Assembly: GCA_009602735.1 (NCBI GenBank)
Contig: WELA01003361.1
Location: forward strand, 126,548-176,579
Direction: 5' to 3'
Length of the DNA stretch: 50,032 bases
Origin: Mesotaenium endlicherianum
Taxonomy: Eukaryota
The notes under the pieces were generated by a model. That model was not told the origin of the DNA. It did not search any database and was given only the letters and a program-made list of their open reading frames with translations. The position numbers and the translations under genes were made by a program. Positions 13,727-26,800 of this stretch are shown one piece after another. The stretch's first letter is position 1; each line of letters begins with the position of its first letter.

Positions 13727-16700
13727 GCGCGCGCACACACACACACGGGCACATCATGTATCCTACAATCACTTGAGAGGGAAGTGCGGCACGGTGGGAG
13801 TGGCAGGGAAGCGGGCAAGAGGGGCACAGTCGGACAAGAAAGGATGTGCGAGTCGACTGATAGGGTCGATCAAAGCCTGACGGTGGGTTTCAGCATACGC
13901 AGAGAGCACCAAAGTGGAGGACAGGGATGTGCGAGCGCACGCAGGGTTCGAGCGCACACGGAGAAGGAAGAAGTGGGGGGGCGGATGATTGTCTTCTGTT
14001 GGGTTCAACTTTCCGGTGGGTTTGAGCGCACGCGCAGAGGAAAGAAGTGTGGGGNNNNNNNNNNNNNNNNNNNNNNNNNNNNNNNNNNNNNNNNNNNNNN
14101 NNNNNNNNNNNNNNNNNNNNNNNNNNNNNNNNNNNNNNNNNNNNNNNNNNNNNNNNNNNNNNNNNNNNNNNNNNNNNNNNNNNNNNNNNNNNNNNNNNNN
14201 NNNNNNNNNNNNNNNNNNNNNNNNNNNNNNNNNNNNNNNNNNNNNNNNNNNNNNNNNNNNNNNNNNNNNNNNNNNNNNNNNNNNNNNNNNNNNNNNNNNN
14301 NNNNNNNNNNNNNNNNNNNNNNNNNNNNNNNNNNNNNNNNNNNNNNNNNNNNNNNNNNNNNNNNNNNNNNNNNNNNNNNNNNNNNNNNNNNNNNNNNNNN
14401 NNNNNNNNNNNNNNNNNNNNNNNNNNNNNNNNNNNNNNNNNNNNNNNNNNNNNNNNNNNNNNNNNNNNNNNNNNNNNNNNNNNNNNNNNNNNNNNNNNNN
14501 NNNNNNNNNNNNNNNNNNNNNNNNNNNNNNNNNNNNNNNNNNNNNNNNNNNNNNNNNNNNNNNNNNNNNNNNNNNNNNNNNNNNNNNNNNNNNNNNNNNN
14601 NNNNNNNNNNNNGGGGGGGGCGGGGGGTGGGAAAAGCAGGGGAGCGTGTGCACTGGCTGTATGACAAGCAACAGAGAGCGACTCTCGTAAGAGGGGACAA
14701 GCGGAAGAAGGACAAGGAAGGGCGGAGCACAGGCAAAGCGGCAAAGGGGAGGAGGAGGGCAAGGGGGGCGAGGGGGGTGAGGCGCGAGCGAACCTGGACA
14801 AACTTGCGCGAGAGCGCAAGGCCGAGGCCGGAGCGCGCGCCCTGCTCGTTGTCCTGGAACTTGTCAAACAGCTTGGGGATGTCCTGCGGGCCGATGGGCG
14901 GGCCCGTGTCGCGCACCTCGAAGCGGATGAACACGAAGCCTGCCTCCGCCTTGAGCACGAAGCCGTCGCGCAGGCTCTCCATCTTCTCGCGCGCGACCGT
15001 CACCGTCACCTCGCCCTCGCTCGTCGCCTTCACCGAGTTGCTCACCTGCACGCACGCGCACGACACCCCCACGTGCACACACGCCCAGCGGCACGCACAC
15101 ACCCGCATCCGCACGCACGCACACACACACACACAGACAGAGTGAGAGACAACCAGCGGCACGCACGAACCCCCAGAGGAGGCCAGGAGGGAGCGACGGA
15201 TGGCGGGCGATGGGCGCGTGCTTGGGACATGCATATACATGAGCTCACACGGGGGAGCGCATGCCTAAGTGCACATGCATGCATGCGTGCATGCTCAAGT
15301 GCGCATGTGCTGCGTGCAAGCAAGCAAGCGAGTGAGCAAACGATCCGGCAATCGAGCAATCAAGCATGCAAATGGGGAGGGGGGGGTGGGGGGTGGCAGC
15401 TGGCGCGTGCGCGCGCAGTGGGGGAGGGGGGATGCACGCACCACGTTGAGGACGACTTGGAGGAGGCGCGTGGAGTCCCCGACCACGTTCTCGGGCAGGT
15501 TGGGCTCCACCTTGAAGACGAGCTTCACGCCCTTGTCCTTGGCCATGGGGCCCACGAGCGTCTCGATCTCCTTGACAAGCGCGGGCAGCTCAAACGTGTG
15601 CGCGTTGAGCGACAGCGTGTCGTCCTCGAGGCGCCAGAAGTCGAGGATGTCGTTGGCGAGCGTGGAGAGCAGGCTGCTGCTCATGGCTACCGTCTCCACC
15701 TTCTCGCGCTGCTCAAACTCGAGGTCCGACTCCGCCAGCAGCGACGACAGCGCGGTGATGGAGTGCATGGGCGTGCGCATCTCGTGCTTCATCACCTGCG
15801 CGCGCGCGTGTGTGAAGGCTCGGGCTTTTGGGGGTCAGCGCAGACGAACGGGCCCACACGTTGCGGACGGGCACCCGCACACACGCAGACATAACCTCTC
15901 CCCATAACACACACACGTGCGCATCTTGGGCTCCATCACCTGCGCACGTGCGCATGCGTGCGCGCGCGTGTGTGAACAGCTCGAGGTCTGTGGTGAGCAA
16001 GGGTGGTGAGCCACGCGCATTGCGAAGGTGCATTGCACGCACGCGCACACATACACGAGCGCAAATGCACGCACACGCACACACGCACGTCTACGCAGAT
16101 GCACACCACGCACGCACACACGCGCACACACACGCACACACACACGAAACTGCACGACAAACTTCACCCTCCCGCCCATCCACCCGAGCTTTCGCCCTTT
16201 CCGCCTGCCACGCATCGCTCGCATGCACGCGCGCACGCGCACGGCACGTACAGCACTTCCTTGCACATGAGGAGCACGCGTAGCAAGCAAGGGATAGCGG
16301 GAGGGCAAGGGTAGCTCTGCTTTAAAATGACCACGCGCATACTCGAGACTGAGAGCTACGCGGTGCAGGCAGGCAGAGCCTTCCTGCCACGTCTACTGAC
16401 TGCCCCATGCAGACAGACAGCTCCCATGCCAGACAGGGAGCAGAGTACAGATCACAGGGCCCATGGCAAAAGCGCAGGGCCCCGGGCAGGGGCACGGGGC
16501 ACAGAGGGCAGCGGGAGCTGAGAGCGCAGACCACAGGGCACAGAGGGCACAGAGGGCACAGAGGGCACAAAGGGTACAGCCCCCAGAGAAGGGCTGTATG
16601 TGACGGCTGAGATGCGGCATGCCACCACCACAATGGGCCACCACGATGCAAGCAGATGCGTAGAGTGGAGGGACACGGCCAGGGGCGGTGAGGTGGGGGG

Positions 16701-19700
16701 TGGGCGGGGGCGTGGCGGGGAAGGGCGTATTGGGGTACCGTGAGGAAGTTGTTGCGGGCGCGCACGGCGGAGTTGCCCTCGAGCTCCGCGCGCTTCAGCG
16801 CCTCCTCCTGCAGCCGCAGCTGCGCGTGCGCCGCCCGGCACTCCTCCAGCACCGCCGCGTGCGACATGGCAATCGCCAGCTGCCGCCGCCGCGGGGTAAC
16901 ATGCCACGTGTCAGATTTTGCGAGAGCAAGCCGCGGAGGGAGAGAGAAGGGGCGCTAGTCTGATCCAAAGAGATCCATCCAGAAACCAAGCACATAGTTT
17001 GGTAAGGGGCAAAGGGGGGGGGGTATCATCGATACATGGTNGGGGCACGCGCGGCGCAGCCTGAGCGACACACCTGGTCGGCGGTGGCCTCCACCAGCTG
17101 GAGCTCCTCCTCCTTCCACGTGCGCTGCGCCCTCGCGCCGCCGCTGGCGCTGCTGCCGCCCGCGCCGGCGGCGGCGGAGGCGGTGGTGGGGATGACGAGG
17201 GTCATGAGGCCAAACATGGTGGTCTCCTCGGTCGCCAGCTCGGCGAGCTTGCCTCCCGCCAGGTCGTTGGTGCTGAGCAGCGGGATGGCCATGGCGGCCA
17301 CGGTGCCCTTCACGGGCTCGCCGGAGCCGCGCGGCGGCGGCAGCACGCTGAAGCGCGCCAGGTTGCTCTTGGACGGAATCACCATGGCCTTGAGCGTCTC
17401 CACCACCTGGCGCAACGCAGCAGCAGCGCTCAAGGAGAGAGGGGAGAGTGAGAGAGAGAGAGAGAGGGGCGGGAGTTATGGGGGGCGGGGGAGTTGGCCT
17501 CCAAACGACGTAATCTGCTACTTGCGGAGCACATGTCGCTGACTCTCGAGGGCATGAATAAGGAGCCCCAACCCCCTACCTCCTTTATTCCTCGCTCTCG
17601 CCCTCGCCAGGTCTTCGTGCAAGGTAGTGTATTCAGCTGCAGAGACGCTCAAGGGGTAGCACACAACCCCCACTCCCACCCCCACCCACTTCCCTGCCGC
17701 CTCTGCCGCCCTCCCTGAGTCCCTTTCTCTGCCGCCGCCAATGCTGCTGGGGCTATGCGTCAGATGTGCGTCAGAGGTGTTTGTTTGAAACTGGAGAGGG
17801 GCGCGTGCATGTGAAGGACCTGTGAGACAGGATGCAAAGCGTGTGGCTCCTGGCATGCTCCTCTTCGTCCTCAGCTAAGACGGCCGTTGAGGTGTAATAT
17901 CCTTCCCTCCCCCAACGTAGCCACCTAATAGACCTCGACATGCCACAAATTGCAAGAGGCTCCTTGCACACAGAGGCCTCAGGCGCACGTACACACACAC
18001 ACACACACATACACACACACACGCGCGCGCACACGCACACATGCACACGCGCCCACTCACGTGCACAGATGCGTGCACCCAAATCCATCCACCCACGCAC
18101 CCACACGCACTCCCAGACCCCCCCCCACAACACAGTGCACAACGTGTACCGGCGTACACCCGCCCGCACGCCGCACGCTCGCGGCAGAGAGACAAGTTGG
18201 CGCTCTCCCGCAAGCTCCAGTCGCGCAAACAAGCCCCACCCAGAAAGCAGGTGGACCCAGCAAACCATGCTGACCATGCTGACCAAGCAGACCCAGACTT
18301 GGACCCAGACCCGAGCAAGCCCGCCGGCGGCCAAGCGGACCGAGCAAGCCCACGAGGCCCACCTCGAGGCCGGTGGCGTCGGTGAAGGGGATGAGGCCGA
18401 GCATGGGCTTGTCGCGGCGCTCGCACTCGTACGCCAGCTCCATGGCGCTCGCGGGCGACGGCATCCACAGGCACACGTTCTCGAGGCCCAGGTGGTCCCG
18501 CAGCTCCAGCAGCGTGGTGCTGATCACGGTAGCGCGGTCCAGCGTCGCGCGGATGCGCAGGCTCATGGAGCGCGCGCGCGCTTCGCCGCGCTCGCGCGCC
18601 AGCCGCGCCACCACCTCGCGGTCCAGCTCCTCCGTCTGCCCAGCGTCGNNNNNNNNNNNNNNNNNNNNNNNNNNNNNNNNNNNNNNNNNNNNNNNNNNNN
18701 NNNNNNNNNNNNNNNNNNNNNNNNNNNNNNNNNNNNNNNNNNNNNNNNNNNNNNNNNNNNNNNNNNNNNNNNNNNNNNNNNNNNNNNNNNNNNNNNNNNN
18801 NNNNNNNNNNNNNNNNNNNNNNNNNNNNNNNNNNNNNNNNNNNNNNNNNNNNNNNNNNNNNNNNNNNNNNNNNNNNNNNNNNNNNNNNNNNNNNNNNNNN
18901 NNNNNNNNNNNNNNNNNNNNNNNNNNNNNNNNNNNNNNNGGGGGGGGGGGTGTCCATCTCCTCCGTCTGAGTGACCATCGGCAGGGATGCCAGAGGGATG
19001 TGGAGGAACGTTCTGAGGTTTTAGGTCAAAGCTCTGGGGGGAGAAAAGTAGGGTTCCAGGTGGGGGGGAAGAGCGTTCGGGGTTTCTGGAAGGCTTCCGA
19101 ATGTATGTATCAGGTGTTTCGGGTTGGAGGAGGGAGCAATGAGGGCTGAAGCGCGCGGCGCTCTTGGGGTGCTGGCGCTGCTGGCGCTGCAGGTGCCCCG
19201 CCACCTCACTGTCCAGCTCCTCTGGCTGGGATGGGAGGATAGCCCCAAGGAAGGGGTGCCGGAGAGGGGGAAGAGGAGGTGCGCATTGAGCCCTTCGGGG
19301 GGAGCATGCCAGGCTCAGGTGGGGAGCGCCGTTTAGGGATCCGTGGGCAGGGGCGAATTTTGGCTAATAGGGGGGAGCGTTGCTCGAATGCTGCGGGAAG
19401 ACGTAGGATTCCAGGAAGGAGCCTTTTTCGAGTTCTGGAAGGAGCACTTTCACTTCAAGGGGGTTGGGAGGGGGGGGGAACGAGGAGCAGCTTGCAGCAG
19501 ACCGAACCTATTTGTTGCATGGCGGGAAAAATGACTGGAGGATGTACGATGGTGTGAGCGCGGGAGGGGGGGGACGCTGACGCGGCGCAGCTGGGCAGGT
19601 CACGTCCCACTCTCTGCCGGGCTGACTGCTTCAAGAAACCGTCTGCGTGCACCCGCTGCTGCTGCAGCAGAAGGGGGGCTCTGGGTCGTCTTAAGCCCCC

Positions 19701-22397
19701 CCTCCTCCCCCCCCCCCCCAGGCAGGCCGGCCGAATTGCATTGCCCAGGTGGCAGCAGGTGGCAACATCATGCTCCTGGACGATACTTCACGTCCCTCGG
19801 AAAATTCCGTCCCATGCACGAATTGTGCTCAAACGTGACATACTCGCGGAGAAAGGAAACGGAACGCAACGAGGCTGAGATAGGCTAGGAAGTGGGTGAA
19901 GGAGACGGGAGAAGGAAGACAGCAACTGGGGCGAGCCTAAACAAGCATGCTCTCGCAAGGGCAGACGCGCGGGAAGAGGGCGGGGGCGGGGCTGTGGGGA
20001 GAGCCGGGGCGGAGAGGACGAAGAGGGGCCTGNAGCAGCCAGAAGCCAGGGAGGAGCAGGTGCAGCGAATAGCCCCCGCACGCCCTCCCACACTCATCCT
20101 ATCACAGCCGCCTCGGCAGTACCGGTCTGGTTTTTGGGGGGTGGCGGGGGGGGGGAGGGAGAGGAATGCATTAAGGGGGAGCAGTCACATCATCTGGATG
20201 CATGCGCATGCCTAACTTGCCGTGGCCCATCAAGATGCGCACCATCAAATTGTGGCCGAAAGGACAGGGCAGTTAGACGCGGTTGGCAACTGTGATTACA
20301 GAAACGGGCAGGCTGCAGCACGTGTGCAAGCACAGGAGATGAAGGCAGAAGGAGGGAGGGAGGGAGGGAGGGAGAGCAGGAGGGAGGGAGGGAGAGGAAA
20401 AAGGAGAGCAGAGGGGAGAGAAAGAAAGTGAGAGAGAGAGTGTCTCACCCCAGCATGCCCATGAAGGCGCCGAATTGGAGAAAGACCATCTTGTAGGGGA
20501 ACACCTGCCCTCGTTCTCGTCGCAATGACACAACAACACAGCACACCAGAGCCCACAGAGCCCGCCCCCCCCCAAGTCAGCAAGAGCCGTCAGCGCCACC
20601 CCTTCACCGCCAGATGTGCTTCACTACGCTGCGCACCGTCTTGAGCCAAAGAGTGTGTGCCCGCTCAACGCTGACTCCCCCCCCCTCCACCCCCTAGCCG
20701 GCCAGAGCCATCAGCGCCGCCCGGTCGAAACTTCCCGAGGATGTGCACTCTACTGAGTCCGACGCCACTCGACGAGCCATGCCACTCGCATCCCTCCCTC
20801 CTTGAACTCACCGCACGCACGCCTCCTGACCACTCGCCACTCACTGAAGCTGGCGCTATTGGGCGTCGTTCGAAGAAACGCCCGCCCCCCCGCATCCCGC
20901 ATGCTCTGACAGACAGGGGGGCTCGCGCGCGCACTAGCGCCAGCACCCAATGTGAGCACCCATCGGTAGTCCGTGCACCGCAAGCACGGCTGCACATGGC
21001 CACTCCACTCGGCCCGGCGCTCGTGCAGCTCTGTCAGCTCTGTCAGCTCTGCGGATGGACGCGTTTCGTGAACATGGAAGGGCGCAGATGAATGTTCACG
21101 CCGTCCCGACAGCGTCCTCCTCTCCAGCCAGAGTCAACTCCAGTCGCACAGCGCCCAGTCAGCACGATTCCGACCGCGTCCTTCCCTCGAGTCACAGACA
21201 ACTCTACTCGCACAGCGCCCGGTCAGCACGATTCCGGCCGCATGCTTCCCTCTAGCCACAGTAACCCTAACCACACCCCTACGCCCGGCCAGCGCGGGCA
21301 GCCCTAGTAATTTAGGACTTCCCAACCGGGTCCGCGCAGACCTGAGATTCCGACTGCTAGCAAGCAGTAGAGGCTAAGCTTCTGATTCAGTTTGCCCACA
21401 ACATCGGCTCAACTACTCAGCAGTAGCAATCGACCAGAATACGCCCCAAATGGGCAGAATGAGGGCGAGTAATGAAGGCGTTTGAACATGCCACAAGAGG
21501 CGGCCTTGGCCGTGAGCTTCTCAACTTTTTCTGTCCCTGACCCTCTCGCTCGGGAGGTGCGGAGCCAGCTCCCTCGGCCCGCATGCAATGCAACCCAGCA
21601 CACACACCGCGCTCGTATCCAGCCCCCTCTTGGACGAACTTACACGTGATACTTACGTGTAAGTTTACTTGGATTAAATACTATAATGCAATGTAATGAC
21701 TAAACCATCTGCCCTACAATCTGCCCTATGCAAGCAAAAACAGTTTAGAGGCCAAGCAGGTAACCGGGCAAGGCAGCCGGCCCACGTGCAGAGCCAGTCT
21801 TTGTTAACGTAACGGAACCATGCAAACTCAGTGTGCTTTTAGGGGAGGGGAAGGGGCACGGGGAGCGTTCGCACTCACAAGCGACTTCTTCAGAGCGTAG
21901 TAGAGCTGCAGGGGAATTGACAGGTAGGCGAGCATGATGAGCAAGTCGGCAAACATCTGCCACCTCACCACCCCGGTCTGCATGGCCCAGCCGTGGTAGA
22001 GCACCAAGCCGTCGCACTTGGCGCAATTCTTGCTCTTCCTTGTGGCCTTCAGGATGGCGTGCCCGGCGCCCTTATTGGGCCCAAAGCTCGGGAACCCTGA
22101 GCCAAAATCTGCCCCAAATTTTGGGGTAGCTGCTGGGGAGGCTGCCCCAGCCACTCCCGAGGCACCAGCTAGCAGAAGCCCCAGGGTGCCCACGTCGCCT
22201 GTCACTGTCGCAGCGTGCAAGACGATGCAGAGAACGCAGAAACCCCAGGCGAGAAAGCTCTGCAGGGGTTTAAACCCCTTCTGCGTAGCCCTACGGGCAG
22301 CCAGAGAGCTGCCCTTTGGAGTCTCACAAGGTGCCTCACTGATGGCTGCCATGTGGTCAGCCCTTGCGCCAGCTGGTAAGCGCCTTCGTGGTGCCAT
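11697..22397 (-). CDS. ETR1: Ethylene-receptor-like hybrid histidine kinase (EBD-GAF-HisKA-HATPase-receiver)
   Basis: Minus-strand exons: 22397-21879 (N-terminal extension, [24 protein letters not shown]), 20504-20449 ([19 protein letters not shown]), 18635-18363 (EELDREV...[18 protein letters not shown]...CLWMP, GAF), 17406-17074 (...[15 protein letters not shown]), 16879-16739 ([13 protein letters not shown]...ARNNFLT), 15795-15442 ([12 protein letters not shown]-box...[13 protein letters not shown]), 15045-14794 (N, G1, F, G2 boxes), 12819-12649 (VDDNMVNR...LLDLMMPE) and 11915-11697 (MDGY...VALTAN...KPISL...*). Phases agree between adjacent visible exons. The His69/TM3 exon and the end of the HATPase are not visible (gaps at 20033, 18649-18939, 14055-14611). 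Confidence 0.9.
13445..13750 (+). repeat. (GCTTGCTCAT)n array and (CA)n microsatellite in a receptor intron
   Basis: 10-bp unit array at about 13445-13540; CA run at about 13605-13748. Confidence 0.85.
21135..21270 (+). repeat. About 63-bp tandem repeat in receptor intron 1
   Basis: CAACTC..TCGCACAGCGCCC(A/G)GTCAGCACGATTCCG(A/G)CCGC...CTTCCCTC present twice. Confidence 0.75.
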
Positions 22398-23861
22398 CTG
22401 GAAAACTCACATGAATATTAACAGGCGGGTGGCGAGTAAATGCTGTTACTTCTCTTCACAATTTGTACTCTCCCAATGAAGCTACTAATGACCTAAAGCT
22501 AGCTATAGACTATTTTTAGAAGCCCAAAAGTGCCGTTACCTCAGTTTATTTCTCCCAACACGTTCACTTTCATGATGTTCAAAACCGTGCCTTTTGCTTA
22601 AAGAGGATAGCTTCTCATGACCAGGTACCAAAAGTGACCCCAGCACACTGGGTTTGTTATTGCCAATTTAATATAAAGTATTCTCAATCCCAGCTAGCAG
22701 AGCAAATAACATGTATGATGGTATCCTGTTCCTACCTCAATTTATTCAGTTGCTCCGTGCCCCAAAATGTGTGCAGATAACATTTCTTACAAAAACCGTG
22801 GAAAAAACCAACTCGCTGGCCTACTTGCACCAAAACAGCTTCGAAGTACTCAAGCGCTCCGCCATGCCCGGAAGGGTTGCTCCCACGCTACTAGATGCTA
22901 CAATGCAGATAGAGCTCCTTCATCAACTTCGCAGAGTTTTCATATTGCATCCAAATGTACCAGGCACCTCCGCCCTACGGCTACCTACCTTATTATTCTC
23001 AATTTCTCACGCGCAAGAGCACCCGGGTCCTTGAGATTCTGTCAGGTGCACTTTGGCCGTGGCGATATGACAAGGAACGATATACCATAAATATTATTTC
23101 TGCCACCATATTTATATTTCAATTCAGTTTGCCCCAAATGACGCTACGGAGCACCACGGAGCAGAAAAATTTCCGACGTCCTTGAAGCCGATCGCGACTG
23201 ACGTGGATTGAAGTCGACTAGATGCCATGCCCGGTAGTCGTCTCCAGTCAACTCCCCGCCACTGCCCGCCAGCACCCGCCAGTCTCCGCTGCAGCTACAT
23301 CAATTCCAACGGCTTTTCAGATGCATGTTGTGAATATTGGTGGTGGTTGGGGGCCCGTCATGGCTCTGCCAGAGAAAGTCGCTCGTGACTTGTAACTGCC
23401 CAACGGCATTGTTGTTAAATTTACATTCACCTACTGCATTTCACGCATCAATTATCGTAAAGTACTCTGCCTGCATGGGGCAGGCTGTCTGCTCTTCTCC
23501 TCCTAGCTGTCGCCTATATTGACCAAATTGTGTGAACTTTGTTTCTTCTCCGCCAGTGATTGCATCGGAAGTACTTATATGCCATCATCTGTATGAACAT
23601 GACTACGCATAGAAGGGACCGGGCGGCCATTCGGCAGCCTGCTTGTCATTGAACGTGTTTGGGGCAGCTCAGTGTGTCAGGCTCCTAGTGTCCTGCTCTG
23701 TGAAATACAGTATGGGAGGAGATGGTTGATACATTTTTGGTTGGCGGTGCTATCAAGCTGCGACATGAAGTGAAATAGTGACCTCGTCAAGTCTATGTGG
23801 AATCTCGAAACTCTCCAGGACTGATCTCCCTCTGGGTAGAATTGGTCACCAATTGAACACC

Positions 23862-26800
23862 ATGAAGTTCAAAGGACTCACAGTGGCCTTCTTCTATGGT
23901 GAGCTGCACTCAAAAACTTAACATGGGACACCGTTAGAACGTGATTGACGATCGGGGGCAGATATCCATGCAACTTATTCTGGAGACTGAGATGCTGTGT
24001 CACTCTGTCTTGTGCAGGGGGCATGTCTGTGGCGAGTGTTTTTATCAATAAAGCTATATTTCACGTGTACAAATTCAACTACCCGTATGCATTAGTACTC
24101 GGCCAGACAATCTTCACCCTGGTCTTGTTGACGTTGATGAGGAATCTCGGTGTGATTCGGCTGGCCACCTTTCAGACGTACATTTTCAGAAGAGTAAGGA
24201 CCTACCTCCACGCTCCGCTTCTCCTGTCATTGCTCGTCTTTGCTTGCAAGTCAGTAAACTCGCTGAACAATGCTGTGTCAAGAAGTGTTCCGTCAGTTGT
24301 TTTAGGTGCAGGTGCTTGTCATATGTAGTTGTAGAAGTTCATTTGTAGTCTGGGCTCCTACAGGCTTCCTGGTCCCTTCATCTGCAACAGATCAACAAAG
24401 AGTGAGTGAAGGCAGCTCAATTCCCCGTTGGTGTTGGTGCAAACTGTTCGTCTGCATGCAGAGAATATGGACTTAATGGACTAAAATAGTATAACATACA
24501 GCATAAACTATTTAAGTCTATTGGATGGAATGTTCATGCCCCGTAATAACGAACATCATTTTCTTGGGCGTTGCTGAGGATTGCTGTTGACGTGCTCGAA
24601 CCTGGCTGTGCAGGTGTTTCTCCTCTCTTTCGCTTTCCTTCTGAAGCTTCTCCTAGACATGTCAGCCTTGAACAAAGTCAACATTCCAATGTACGGTGTG
24701 CTGAAGAGCTCCACCACTCCCTTTGTCCTCCTCCTCGACTACGTCATGCGAGACAAGAAAGCTTCAACGAGGGTCCAGCTATCCGTCTACTTGACAACAG
24801 CCGGAGCATTTGTAGCAGGGATGGGGGACCTCAGCTTCAACCTAGCAGGCTACATTCTCGCCCTATCCTCCGCATTAGCGACAGCTGCATACGTTGTCAT
24901 TGTTGGGAAGCTGGGGGAGGAGCTTCAGCTGGACTCCTTCACACTGCTGCTCTACAACAACTGCTGGTCCCTACCCTTCTCCTTCTTCTTCGTCCTCGTC
25001 AACGGGGAGGCCAAGGCCCTCGCCAATTTCCCGCACGCGAGGGACCCGTGGTTCATCACCTACTTTCTGATCTCCTGCGCCTCGGCCTTCATTCTCAACC
25101 TGGCGACCTACCTCTGCACCCTCGTTAACGACTCCTTGACAACGAGCATTGTCGGTATGCACACCCCCCCCCCNTTCCCCTTCCCCCCGGCACTGCTCCG
25201 CCCCTACTCTCTCACTCTTCATCGAACTGCCTGAGGCTTGAGCTTTTGAGTCGGAAGCAAAGTACGAAGAAGTCAACGACCTCATTATCTGGGTGCTTGT
25301 TGCGTGTATACCTTCGGGGCTATGTCTATACTGCCCCTGAAAGGTTGAAATTTGTGCTGGGCTGAAGCTATCGTGGCATTGTTGTGCAGCTGAAGGCTTG
25401 TAAGGTACTAGGATCTTTCAAGTATGCTTCAGTACTGATATGTTCGTACTCGCTTACTTACAAGATCAAATCAATCAAGCTGTACCCCAAACTGACCCTT
25501 CCGCAGAGACGTAGCACCACATGGCTACTCGGCAAGCGCTTGAAAAGCATATCATCGTCGGCGCAGCAAAGCTATGCTTTGAAAGCACTAGTCAATGATA
25601 TCGTGCCCTGGGGGAAGTACAATTCTGTACCTTGTTCTGTACCTTACATCTCTAGGTGTCGTACTTGTTGCTGTACCCGGCAGGGAGGACCAAGTCCATT
25701 CTGCAAGGCATCGGCGGTCTCTTTGCCTTCAACGACGTGCTTGTAAGTGCTCTGATCAGACGCCGAGGACCTTACCACCTTACCGCGCTGCTTCACAAAC
25801 TGTGAGAGGCGCTTGACGCAGAGGGATGAGCTGATATATATTGGCGTGACGTGAGAAAGCATTCCCGTAATGCCCACGAAGTACCGGGCTCAACGTGCTA
25901 GCACCAAGTGTGCTAGCTCCTTGCATGCTGGTGACTCTGATGGCGACATGGAGCAGCTGCTTCACAGACAGTGCTTCCAACATTCGACTCTTGCATATTT
26001 CACTTCACTTCAGTCTGTACTGTCACCTGCGGCAAGCAGTGGCCCCTCTGGCCTAGTATCGTGTTGGCCCCTATAGAGTATCGTGTTGTATACTAGAAGA
26101 CGAAGTGTGGGAATGACAGGCTGGCCTTTGGGGAAGGAGATCAGGCGGTAGAGTTCCACTTGTTGTACTTGTGTTTGTAGTGCTTATCAATAGTGCTGCC
26201 CCATCTAACTGTTAGTCTTGGCGGAAATTACCACTTATTGCTGTCTGACTGAGCTCGCCTAGCTTGCATACCTCTCTTCTAGGTCAGGCAGGTGTTGCAA
26301 GGTATGGCAAGGGCAGTGCTGACAGGCGTCTGCAAGGTCAGCCGAGTCATCTCGTCCGGAACAGCCGGCACGAGCTTCCCTCGCTCTGCCTCTGTGGGGG
26401 GACCTAGGAAAGTAGCGTCGCATGAAGGGCAAAGAGGAAGCTGCGCCCCCTCCCCTCCCCCCTCCCCTTCCCCTTATCAGCCTGAAAAACGTGGCCCCCC
26501 GCCGACGCTCCTGTCGACACACGAGCACCTCTTTCAGCCTGACAGACGCGACCCTGTGTCGACGCTCCTGTCCTGCAACACACGAGCACCCCACCACCGA
26601 CCACCTCGATGTTCCTCCTCCCAGCCTGACACATGTCACCCCTGTGCACTGACGCTCCCTCCCGCCCGCAGATGAACCCCACCAATCTGCTGGGCCTGCT
26701 GGTGAACTCGTGCGGCATCGGCTGGTACGCGTTCGAGAAGTACCTGGAAGCGAAGGTGAGGATGATGCAGGCCGGGGACCACAAGGCGCTCAACGGGCAC

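Noticed and set aside
19455..20320. Candidate exons for the missing His69/TM3 part of the receptor (e.g. [23 protein letters not shown])
   Set aside because: No phase-compatible reading that matches the conserved motif; the true exon is more likely collapsed at N 20033 or in gap 18649-18939.
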